64,000 nt of DNA from Desulfobacteraceae bacterium Eth-SRB2 (lineage in GTDB: Bacteria > Desulfobacterota > Desulfobacteria > Desulfobacterales > UBA11574), in NCBI GenBank assembly GCA_004193595.1, contig RPGQ01000080.1, positions 132,307 through 196,306 on the forward strand, written 5' to 3'. Every line of letters begins with the position of its first letter. The first letter of the stretch is position 1. The notes beneath the pieces were generated by a model. The model was not told the origin of the DNA. It saw only the letters and a program-made list of their open reading frames with translations, and ran no database searches. This document shows, one piece after another, positions 37,607 through 46,345 of the stretch. The position numbers and the translations under genes were made by a program.

Positions 37607-38232
37607 AACTCCAATCCTTTGACCTTCCTTTGGGGAACATCCGGGTGACGGTTCTGGGGCATGGGATGACGCACGCCCGTAATCTTTTCCTGAAGTTTCA
37701 AAATGCCCTCCAACAAACCTTCCGGCCGGGGAGGACACCCGGGAACATACACATCCACCGGGATAAGCTTATCCACCCCTTCGATAATATTATAGTTTTC
37801 CTTTACATTGAATGGACCGCCGGAAATTGCACAGTTGCCCATAGCAATCACCCATTTGGGAGAAGGCATCTGCTCATACAGGGTTAGCAAGACCGGAGCG
37901 AGTTTCCGGTTCACCGTACCGGCGACGATCATCAAATCGGACTGCCTGGGCGAAGGTCGGAACACCTCTGCTCCGTAACGGGAAATATCAAACCGGGCCA
38001 TGCCGGTTCCCATCATCTCGATGGCACAGCAGGCAATCCCGAACGTCATGGGCCATAGGGAATTTGCCTGGCACAATTTCAACAATTTGTCGGTCAGGTC
38101 CATGCGCAGTAAAGGGCCGGAATCAAGGTTCATACGGCCGTTGGAAAGGCCGGCATAACATTCCGCCTTAATCCGTTCCGTATAGGACTCCAAATCGGGC
38201 TTCACTAACGAAGGGTTTGTTTTCTCTCCCAT
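37603..38232 (-). CDS. nuoB: NADH-quinone oxidoreductase subunit B
   Basis: N2-cluster motifs [19 protein letters not shown] and VPGCPPRPE. Confidence 0.9.
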   Translation of the reverse strand: MGEKTNPSLVKPDLESYTERIKAECYAGLSNGRMNLDSGPLLRMDLTDKLLKLCQANSLWPMTFGIACCAIEMMGTGMARFDISRYGAEVFRPSPRQSDLMIVAGTVNRKLAPVLLTLYEQMPSPKWVIAMGNCAISGGPFNVKENYNIIEGVDKLIPVDVYVPGCPPRPEGLLEGILKLQEKITGVRHPMPQNRHPDVPQRKVKGLEL

Positions 38233-38609
38233 GTAAAGACTCCTTTGGCCCATGCATACACAATGGCCAAGGTTAAAATGCCGATAAAAATAAAGATTTC
38301 TATCACGCCACGAGCACCCGAAACCTTGTCAAAAGATGCCGCAACCGGAAACAGGTACAAAATATCAACATCAAACGCCAGAAAGATGAGGGCATAGAGA
38401 TAATATGCAATGCCGTAACGATAGTCCCAGGCTTTACCGTAAGTATCCATCCCGCATTCATAGGTGTTGAGGGATTTTTTCAGATGAGTCCGTTTCGGAC
38501 GGATGAACCAGTTCACAATGAACGGTGCAAATCCTCCGATAAAACCGACCATGAGGAAAAGAAATATATACATATAATCTATAATATTGTTTTCAGTCAT
38601 TGCCACCAC
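38205..38609 (-). CDS. nuoA: NADH-quinone oxidoreductase subunit A
   Basis: 134 aa with 3 TM helices. YECGM and [10 protein letters not shown] motifs. Confidence 0.85.
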   Translation of the reverse strand: MVAMTENNIIDYMYIFLFLMVGFIGGFAPFIVNWFIRPKRTHLKKSLNTYECGMDTYGKAWDYRYGIAYYLYALIFLAFDVDILYLFPVAASFDKVSGARGVIEIFIFIGILTLAIVYAWAKGVFTWERKQTLR

Positions 38610-38651
38610 GCAGTTGAGTTGTTACCACAATTAACAGATGCAATTTATTGT

Positions 38652-40343
38652 TTATATCCAGATTTCGAGCTTGAAGAAGCGGAAGAACAGGAAAAACATA
38701 ACAATTGCCAATGCAATCTTCAGGGTTTTTTCACTGAAAAGCTTCTGAGCACGGCTTCCCAGCATGCCTCCGACAAAACCGCCAATGATAATAGAAATAA
38801 AAATATACATGTCAGGCCAATATTGATTCACCGCATACCCGATGAAAGAACCGATACTGGAAAAGCACGTCCCAATAAGGGCAATGGGTACCGCCACATA
38901 CATGGGTAGAGCGGCAATTGTTGTCATGATAGGAACCAACAGGAAACCTCCGCCGATACCGAATGACCTCGCAACGACACCGACAAAAACGCCGATAATG
39001 CCGAATAGAAGGGGGTTGATTGTGAAATCTTCACCCCAGAACTTAAACTGATAATTGGTGAGGCCTGTCTTGATAGGTTCAATTTTGCCCATCACAGTGC
39101 TGCGCCCTTCAGCTTTAGCCCTGGCAACCTCTTCATTGAACTTTCTCGCCATGGCCTTGATGGCCTTTCTCTTGTCCATGACCTTCGGCGTTAGTTCATA
39201 CAGGGTTCTGATACCCATAAGCACAACCAGAACGGCCAGCCACTCCTTATATGATTTTATCGACAGATATTGGGTCACATACTTTCCCAGCCATATGGAA
39301 CCGAGTAAAATACCTGCGCCAAAGGAAAGGCCTATAGGCCATGCCACACGTCTTTCAACAATCGCATATCTGTAAAATGACCCTAAAGGAGAAAACAAAG
39401 TTAACCCCACGTTTGATGATCGAAGGACGTTGGCAGCATTGATACCGATAGGACCCATGGTATTTACAACCATAACCTGGTAGGCTGACATGAGCAGGCC
39501 GCCGGCCGCGCCGATCATAGAAAACCAGGCACCCACAATAATGGCGCCAATGATAATCCATATCGGGTTCATGTAACGCCCACCTCTTTTCAGCCAGAAA
39601 CCCTTTGGAGCCAAATTATAAGACCCAATTTTAGCGCCGTTTATCGTAACATCAAACTTATAATTGGGAGGTGTGTGTCGAAAAGACTTAAAAGAAGCCT
39701 TAAACTTTCCTGTTGCTTTGTCCAGATGGATTGACGTGCCCTTATCCCAATAATTCCCGGACTTGGCGTAATCTCCCAGAACATTCCGTGCAAAGATTAC
39801 GATTTTGCCTACTTTTGTCATTTCTTTGGTAACGGTATTAATGCCGTAATCGCTTTCATGCAGGAACTTAAAGAAATTCCACTGCTCTTTGGTATTCAAA
39901 CCCGGCAATATGCTTTTGGCTTCAGCATCAAGTTCTCCAAACGGTGATAACTTGAACATGGTGGTTGAATAAATTCCACCCATAAAAGACGGGCCGCCAA
40001 ATTTCATATCAATTTTCTTGCCAAATTTATCCGGATTAGTTGTCACCATATAGTAAAGAACAGGAACTCTTGTATCATTATTAAAACCGATTTTTTCGCC
40101 CTCTTTTTTAAACTTTTTAGTCTCATGAACCCCGGTTGTGTCTTTAGGTGCAAAGGCCTCTTGAGATGAAACAGCGATGTAAAGGTCCTGACCGGGATCA
40201 ATGGTCCCCTCTATTGTTACCATATCGCCAACCTGGTATTCCGATGCGGAAATGGTGGCCGAAGGGCTGCAAATGCCTGCACCTGTAGTAATGAAAACCA
40301 AACTGATTGACAATAATACTATAAACCATAGAGACTTTTTCAT
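38652..40343 (-). CDS. TauE/SafE-family membrane transporter fused to a 255-aa N-terminal extracytoplasmic domain
   Basis: Signal peptide and a soluble domain of unknown family, followed by two TauE repeats (IGAAGGLLMSAY..., FGIGGGFLLVPIM...) separated by a charged loop. It ends 43 bp upstream of nuoA on the same strand. Confidence 0.7.
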   Translation of the reverse strand: MKKSLWFIVLLSISLVFITTGAGICSPSATISASEYQVGDMVTIEGTIDPGQDLYIAVSSQEAFAPKDTTGVHETKKFKKEGEKIGFNNDTRVPVLYYMVTTNPDKFGKKIDMKFGGPSFMGGIYSTTMFKLSPFGELDAEAKSILPGLNTKEQWNFFKFLHESDYGINTVTKEMTKVGKIVIFARNVLGDYAKSGNYWDKGTSIHLDKATGKFKASFKSFRHTPPNYKFDVTINGAKIGSYNLAPKGFWLKRGGRYMNPIWIIIGAIIVGAWFSMIGAAGGLLMSAYQVMVVNTMGPIGINAANVLRSSNVGLTLFSPLGSFYRYAIVERRVAWPIGLSFGAGILLGSIWLGKYVTQYLSIKSYKEWLAVLVVLMGIRTLYELTPKVMDKRKAIKAMARKFNEEVARAKAEGRSTVMGKIEPIKTGLTNYQFKFWGEDFTINPLLFGIIGVFVGVVARSFGIGGGFLLVPIMTTIAALPMYVAVPIALIGTCFSSIGSFIGYAVNQYWPDMYIFISIIIGGFVGGMLGSRAQKLFSEKTLKIALAIVMFFLFFRFFKLEIWI

Positions 40344-40771
40344 TATCTTCCTCCTTTTAACTTAATAAAATTATTTGCCAATATTGCGCCAAGTCCGCTA
40401 AGGGCCGCCCCGATGGTAATTAAAAAAATTAACTCATTCATATAAATAGGATAAAACCCCATGAGATTGAAAAAAATGATATTTATGAGCACAACAGTAA
40501 TGATGACCATCAGAATACCGGAGCCTACGGCAAAGATTCGTTCATATTTTAGGCGGTTGTTTGTCCTGTTTATCAGGTTATACCCTGTTAATGTGGCATT
40601 GAAACCGATGATCCAGGGCAAAAGCTTTTCGATTGTACCGTAAGACATCAAGGTCGTAAAAAAAACCACAAGAAGCAGCGACCCCAAGCTCCCCACAATG
40701 ATAGAATAAGCAATTTTTTTGAATAGATTTGATTTATTCATTATCCGTAAACAAAGGTTTGTATATTCCAT
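40343..40771 (-). CDS. Four-TM hypothetical membrane protein
   Basis: 142 aa. Its stop overlaps the start of the TauE-fusion gene. Confidence 0.5.
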   Translation of the reverse strand: MEYTNLCLRIMNKSNLFKKIAYSIIVGSLGSLLLVVFFTTLMSYGTIEKLLPWIIGFNATLTGYNLINRTNNRLKYERIFAVGSGILMVIITVVLINIIFFNLMGFYPIYMNELIFLITIGAALSGLGAILANNFIKLKGGR

Positions 40772-40988
40772 ATGATTCGTAACCCTTCATCTTTTACCAT
40801 TCAACATTCTATGTTGGACGTTCATTTTTTTTCAGCAAACCTTCCACAGTCCATCCGACGCAAAAATAATTTAGCGCTTATGCGTGAACAGTTACCACCC
40901 GCCTCTTTTAAAGTCGCAGGTTATAGAAACCGCAGGCCTTCAAAAAAAAGTAGAAAATGGATGTAGCCGAATAGAAACTTTTTACATA

Positions 40989-41003
40989 GCAAACTATATG
41001 CCA
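40989..41003 (-). promoter_or_regulatory. sigma-54 promoter-like motif facing the membrane-protein/TauE/nuo gene string
   Basis: The minus strand reads TGGCATATAGTTTGCT. It lies 218 nt upstream of the ATG at 40771. Confidence 0.5.
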
Positions 41004-41388
41004 CCGGAAACCCGGCCCTTGTGTTTAAAAAACGAGGCCGGAGAGAGTTTAAATTTATAATGTTAAATCAATAGGATATCCTGAATTTTGGGGGGGAAGA
41101 AAAGAGTTCTAACAATTCGTGTCAAGGATCTTGAAAACATGATCGACTGCCATAAAATAATTGCGCATATTTCCATCCAGTTTATTTTATAGTTATTTCA
41201 AGAGAATATGCGCGCAATAAAAACATATCGATGCAATAAAAAATATGCACCTATTTGCACTTAACTATGGCCTTCTATGTAATTTTATCCATGGCCTTGA
41301 ATGAAAAAAACATCTTTTTATTTTGAAAATACAACATGTTCTAAAAAAGATAAGCCATAAAGAAAAATGAATCGGAAAACTTTTTTAA

Positions 41389-41403
41389 TGGTATGAATAT
41401 TGC
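41389..41403 (+). promoter_or_regulatory. sigma-54 promoter-like motif facing the molybdoenzyme gene
   Basis: TGGTATGAATATTGCT. GG/GC spacing is correct, with one departure (C to T) in the -24 box. It lies 378 nt upstream of the ATG at 41781. Confidence 0.35.
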
Positions 41404-41675
41404 TTATAAGCCTGCCACTTAAGATTTTTTTTGTTGCCGAAAAAAATACTACAATTCAATAATCCACTTGTAGAAAGACACGAAGGGTTTCATTTTTTTA
41501 TTTCTTCTTTGTGTCTATATGCCTTTGTGGCGAGAAGAAAAAAGTTTTGCCACAAAAAACATGCGTCCCTGTGGGATAAAGAAATAACTACTTGTATTTC
41601 AACACAATATTACTTTTATAAAGATTGAGCTATTTTTTTTGCCGTCCCCTCAACGGCAAAAGAAATAATTTTTAA

Positions 41676-41716
41676 CTCTGCGGCCTTTGCGTCTCAAGCG
41701 AAGCGGGCGGTGAAAC
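41676..41716 (-). repeat. Short dispersed repeat (inverted relative to 46116-46156)
   Basis: ctctgcggcctttgcgtctcaagcgaagcgggcggtgaaac is the approximate reverse complement of actcaccacccgcctcgcttgaggcacaaagggcacagagg. Confidence 0.5.
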
Positions 41717-41780
41717 AATATAAAAAAATACGTCATCGAACATACGAATTAGAGCACTAAGAATAAGAAAGGAGACAGAT

Positions 41781-44573
41781 ATGGATACAGCATATTTTGA
41801 ATCAAGGGCCGTAAGATACCAATTTCTTTCCACCCTTTATCGTGACGAAATACCTTTAGAGCTTATTGCCGCGATGCAAAAAGACGAGTTTCTCGATGGG
41901 TTATTAGAATCCGTAAAAGGTTGTGGGTTCATAGATCTTATGAGCGGGGCCGAGGGTATGAGTTCGTATTTAAAAAACAGTGACGCAGAGAACCTCTACA
42001 AGGAGTTACGCTACGATTATGCTGATCTTTTTCTTAACGCCGGTCAAAATCCCGTCTTTCCATACGAATCTGTCCACGTAACCAAAGAACCGGTGGTTAT
42101 GCAGAAACCGGTCTTTGAACTGAGAGAGTTTTTCCGAAAGGCCGGTGTGCATAAATCTCCAGAATATAAAGACCTTGAAGAACATATCGCGGTGGAGATG
42201 GAACTCCTCCGTTATCTCCTTGAGAAAGGCAAGGAAGACCTGTACAAGGATTTCTTTAAAAATAAATACTTGCAGTGGGTGGCCTCCTTTTGTGACCAAC
42301 TGGCAGCATCCGCTCAAACCGGCTTCTATCAAGCTTTGGCCCATTTCACACGGGGAGCACTGATGTGTGAAAATATGAGGATAGACGGCTTTACCCGGGG
42401 CGAAGAGACCACCCAGAAATTAGTGGGGTCGGTAGAAACACTGAATCTTGATCCGGCTTACTTTACCCTGACCCAGGGTGCCGTCGATCCGGAAGCAGAC
42501 AAGAAAATCCCAACCCACTGCTATACCTGCGGAGCGCTCTGCGGTATGACTGCCAAGTTAAAGGACGGCATCCTGACCGGCACATCCGGTCTTACCGGCG
42601 ATCCCAAGGGCGGAGGCAGGCTATGCCCCAAGGGTGGATCGGCGCCTAAGCATCTCTACTCACCATACAGGCTCAAGGCGCCGCTTATCAAAGAGAACGG
42701 ACGTTTCCGCAAGGCCACCTGGGATGAAGCCCTGGACAGGGTGGCAGAAGGTATTAAAACTATTGAACCGGCAAAACTCGGGTATTTTAGAGGCAACGAC
42801 TTTGCAAACTGGATCCACGAGGCCCTTTTCGACCATCTGGGATGTCCCAAGACCACCCATCGGCCCATGTGCGACAATGCCAACCGCATGGCCAACGAAC
42901 ATAACCTGAACGACAAGAGGCCCTGGATAAACTATCAGGATTCCGACTACATAATCCATTTCGGTATGAACGAATTTGCCAGTTCCTATGGTCAACGCAA
43001 GACCGCACAACTGAAAGCCGCTCTCAAGAGGGGCGCTAAGCTGGTTGTTTTTGATCCCCGAAGGTCTGAAACAGCAGCCGCAGCTACGGAATGGATCCCC
43101 ATAAATCCGGCAACCGACGGCGCAGTTGCCATGGCCATGTCCCATGTCATTATCGAGAATAACCTTTACAATAAAGAGTTTGTAAAAAATTGGACCCATG
43201 GATTTGATGAGTTCAAAAACAGGGTTATGGGCCAGGAGGACGGTATTGCCCGCACTCCGGAGTGGGCTACAAAAATTAGCGGTGTACCTGCCGAAACCAT
43301 AGAACGTATCGCTATGGAATTTGCCGGGGCCAAAAACAAAGGCGCTTTATCCTGGACAGGAGTGGCACAGGTCCCCAACGGCATGTACGGCACGGCCGCT
43401 CTTCAGGCCTTAAACGGCCTTTGCGGTACTTTTGATGCACCCGGGGGTCCTTCTCTTCCATTCAAAAGAAAATTAAAACCTGCCTGGGGAGAAGGGCAGG
43501 AGAAGCCGCCAAAGGGTTCCGCACCCAAGCTCAACAAATTTGACATCTGGACCGGCTGGGCGCCGGCACATCTGTTGGCTGACGTAGAAGCTGGAAAGCT
43601 CAAAGGGCTGATTATCTATTACGGCGACCCGGTGCTCTCCTGGGGGAATCAGGTGGCCATCACACAGGCTATGGAAAAGATGGAGTTCAAGGCGGTCATC
43701 GATGCTTATATGTGCAACAGCGCCCTGTTGTGCGACGTGGTTCTCCCGGATGCCACCTGGATGGAGCAAAGCCAGGTGAAGCCGGACTGGCTCTATGAGG
43801 CTTTTATCGGCTACTATGCCGAGATTGTGGCGCCCATGTATGACTCCAGGCCCATGTGGAAGATAACGGTTCAATTAGCCAGAAGGCTTAACCTGGGCCA
43901 GTATTTTCCATGGAGCAGTATGGAAGATGCTTTCAGAAATCAAATGGCCGGTACGCCCTGGTCCTTTGACGAGCTGAAAGAAAAAGGGTTCATTATTACC
44001 GATGAAGCGGAGTATTACAAATACAAAAAATGGGGCAGTATTAATCCACCCGATGGATACGGTTCCTCCGGAAACAGCAAAACCGGGAAATATAATTTCC
44101 TTAACCCCGTGGCACAAGAAAAAGGTGTGGATGCTTTGCCCGATTATAAGGAACCTGAAAAGGAACTTCAGCCTGACGATGAGTATCCCTTTATTTTCGG
44201 TAACTTCCGGGTTTTTGAACATGAACATTCTTCCACCTTCAATAATTATCAGCTTATGAAAATAATAGGGACCAACCCCTTATGGGTTAATATGATTGAT
44301 GCTAATGAACTCGGAATTGTTGAAGGAGACAAAGTTCTGCTCAAGTCACCCTGGGGAGAGGTGAAAATGACTGCCAATCCAACATGGTTCATCATGCAGG
44401 GTGTTTTGGGCTCTGCAGGAGGGTTCGGTCATGCTCGCGGACTTGAAGGAGACCCAAAGTATCCCCAGTTCGGTGGAATCAATACTCCAAGTATTATGAA
44501 GCCCAACACTACTGAAAAAGTCGGGGGCACCCCTTTGCTTAAATATATCAAAACTAAAGTTGAAAAAATATAA
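41781..44573 (+). CDS. Molybdopterin (bis-MGD) oxidoreductase catalytic subunit with a fused N-terminal TorD/DmsD-like chaperone domain; no Tat signal
   Basis: Residues 1-200 are TorD-like (YDYADLFLN...PVFPYESVH...EHIAVEMELLRYL). A 4Fe-4S motif follows: HCYTCGALCG...GRLCPKG. MopB body with a candidate Mo-ligand Cys in THRPMCDNANR, and a C-terminal Molydop_binding-like barrel (GDKVLLKSPWGEVKM). GGAGA RBS. Confidence 0.8.
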   Translation: MDTAYFESRAVRYQFLSTLYRDEIPLELIAAMQKDEFLDGLLESVKGCGFIDLMSGAEGMSSYLKNSDAENLYKELRYDYADLFLNAGQNPVFPYESVHVTKEPVVMQKPVFELREFFRKAGVHKSPEYKDLEEHIAVEMELLRYLLEKGKEDLYKDFFKNKYLQWVASFCDQLAASAQTGFYQALAHFTRGALMCENMRIDGFTRGEETTQKLVGSVETLNLDPAYFTLTQGAVDPEADKKIPTHCYTCGALCGMTAKLKDGILTGTSGLTGDPKGGGRLCPKGGSAPKHLYSPYRLKAPLIKENGRFRKATWDEALDRVAEGIKTIEPAKLGYFRGNDFANWIHEALFDHLGCPKTTHRPMCDNANRMANEHNLNDKRPWINYQDSDYIIHFGMNEFASSYGQRKTAQLKAALKRGAKLVVFDPRRSETAAAATEWIPINPATDGAVAMAMSHVIIENNLYNKEFVKNWTHGFDEFKNRVMGQEDGIARTPEWATKISGVPAETIERIAMEFAGAKNKGALSWTGVAQVPNGMYGTAALQALNGLCGTFDAPGGPSLPFKRKLKPAWGEGQEKPPKGSAPKLNKFDIWTGWAPAHLLADVEAGKLKGLIIYYGDPVLSWGNQVAITQAMEKMEFKAVIDAYMCNSALLCDVVLPDATWMEQSQVKPDWLYEAFIGYYAEIVAPMYDSRPMWKITVQLARRLNLGQYFPWSSMEDAFRNQMAGTPWSFDELKEKGFIITDEAEYYKYKKWGSINPPDGYGSSGNSKTGKYNFLNPVAQEKGVDALPDYKEPEKELQPDDEYPFIFGNFRVFEHEHSSTFNNYQLMKIIGTNPLWVNMIDANELGIVEGDKVLLKSPWGEVKMTANPTWFIMQGVLGSAGGFGHARGLEGDPKYPQFGGINTPSIMKPNTTEKVGGTPLLKYIKTKVEKI

Positions 44574-44671
44574 AAAATAAATTAGAACAACTCTGATTTT
44601 TTTGCGACAGGGTATTACTGAATGATTAAATCAAATTTTTAGAAAAAATCAGGAAAATAATGGGGGAAAAA

Positions 44672-46048
44672 ATGAAAAAAGGTTGTTTTAATCTTATCTT
44701 GGCGGCAATTTTATCTTTGGCGATTGCTGGAACGTCATACGCATTCAAATTTGATTTCCATGGTAAAATGTGGCAGACGGTCGGCGTAACCGACAACTAT
44801 GGTGCTATGGCTCCGTCCCAAAAAAGTGGTCCAACGGATTACTTCAGTTATAACGGCGGCCTTAATACAAAAGGCATGAAAAGTGGGATGTATAATGCCA
44901 TGAGCGAAAATGACGATGCCATCTTCGGCCTTACCAAGGCAAGGCTCCGCTTTGAAGGGACAACCGATGACGGACTGGCCAAGATTGTTTACGGTCTGGA
45001 AGTGGGGACCATTAACTGGGGAGACACCAATGCAGATAAAAAATTTGGCCTTTCCGGTGACGGAGTCAACCAGGAGACCCGGTTTGCTTATGCTGAAGTA
45101 GTTATGCCGGTTATCGGCGGGAAAGTCCGGGCCGGCCTCCAGCCCACCAAGATCAATCACTGGGTATGGACGGAAACCGCTGCGGGCCTCACCTACCATC
45201 GTAGTTTCGGCGGGTTGAAAACAATGGCAGGCTGGTACCGTGGTGAAGACAACGAGACAACCTCCAACATTGAAGGAGACAACGACTATTTTGTAATCAA
45301 GGCGGATAACAAACTGAATCCAAACACCACGATGGGATTTTTCGGTATTTATACGGATCTGGATAAAGATGAAACAAGCCTTGGTGATGAGTACGATGGC
45401 GAATACTATTACCTCGGTCTAACCGGCAAGTACAACAAGGGCTCACTTTTCGGCGATTTTGACTTCATCTATCAGGGCGGAGACATTGATTTCGACGCCC
45501 CTGCCATCGATGACCTTGACCGATCCGCCTGGCTGGGCAATCTGACTGTTGGATTCAAGGTCAGCGACGATTTCAAGATCTCCGGCAACATTCTCTATGT
45601 CAGCGGTGACGACGATCCCAATGACGACGATGCAGAAAATTTTGATGCTATTGATGTGGACGTCTTTATCGGCACCATCTTTTTTAAGGATTCCGTTATG
45701 GCCGACTGTGATCGGTTCATCTCGGATGCGCCGTATATCATGGATAAAGGACTGATCAACTATGCCATCCAGGGTGAATACCAGATTAATGGAAAAAACT
45801 ACCTCAGGACTGCGGTACGGTATCTCATGACCGCTGAAGATCTCGAGTTAAAACCCAATGAATCGGATGATGATCTCGGGTACGAATTTGACCTGTGGTA
45901 CACCTACAAGCTAAACAAGCATGTGGATTTGAAAATAGATGCCGCTTATCTGATCGCCGGCGACGGAGCCGACCATCTTGCGGCCAGCGATAATTATGAC
46001 AGCGATGACCTGTATAAATTAGCGGCAGGAATCAAAATCAGTTTTTAA
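44672..46048 (+). CDS. Outer-membrane beta-barrel porin-like protein
   Basis: Signal peptide ending SYA-FKF, alternating amphipathic strands, an acidic loop SGDDDPNDDDAENFDAIDVD, and a C-terminal ...AAGIKISF. Confidence 0.65.
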   Translation: MKKGCFNLILAAILSLAIAGTSYAFKFDFHGKMWQTVGVTDNYGAMAPSQKSGPTDYFSYNGGLNTKGMKSGMYNAMSENDDAIFGLTKARLRFEGTTDDGLAKIVYGLEVGTINWGDTNADKKFGLSGDGVNQETRFAYAEVVMPVIGGKVRAGLQPTKINHWVWTETAAGLTYHRSFGGLKTMAGWYRGEDNETTSNIEGDNDYFVIKADNKLNPNTTMGFFGIYTDLDKDETSLGDEYDGEYYYLGLTGKYNKGSLFGDFDFIYQGGDIDFDAPAIDDLDRSAWLGNLTVGFKVSDDFKISGNILYVSGDDDPNDDDAENFDAIDVDVFIGTIFFKDSVMADCDRFISDAPYIMDKGLINYAIQGEYQINGKNYLRTAVRYLMTAEDLELKPNESDDDLGYEFDLWYTYKLNKHVDLKIDAAYLIAGDGADHLAASDNYDSDDLYKLAAGIKISF

Positions 46049-46115
46049 TTAACCCATTAAACCATCCCCCTTTGGCGGGATGGTCCCAGCTTGCTATGCA
46101 GGCAGGTGAGTATGC

Positions 46116-46268
46116 ACTCACCACCCGCCTCGCTTGAGGCACAAAGGGCACAGAGGAAAGATTTTTTTCCTGATCGGGAGACCCCGGTACGATCTTCCGG
46201 CCTGTCCCGGTACTTCCACGGGGCAGGCGCAGGAATTGGTCAAAAGGGAGCGTTTTGCAAAGGTCTCA
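46116..46268 (+). repeat. Dispersed repeat cluster
   Basis: 46116-46156 matches 41676-41716 (inverted). 46219-46268 (cggggcaggcgcaggaattggtcaaaagggagcgttttgcaaaggtctca) matches 59371-59416. Confidence 0.55.
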
Positions 46269-46345
46269 CACTGTGACCGGTATTCCTGCCGCGACCATTC
46301 CTTTTCTGGATGGAAACTATTTAAGATCCGGGCATACCCATCTCG

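Noticed and set aside
41004-41780. Moco riboswitch or other riboswitch in the long leader of the molybdoenzyme gene
   Set aside because: I found no match to the conserved Moco-motif core from memory. The leader contains only an AT-rich stretch, a tttgtggc...gccacaaa hairpin and a dispersed repeat.
42660-43874. Several 73-179-aa minus-strand ORFs inside the molybdoenzyme gene
   Set aside because: They are antisense shadows of a 930-aa gene with clear MopB motifs.
46062-46083. Hairpin ccatccc-N8-gggatgg after the porin gene as an intrinsic terminator
   Set aside because: The stem is only 7 bp and there is no downstream U-tract.
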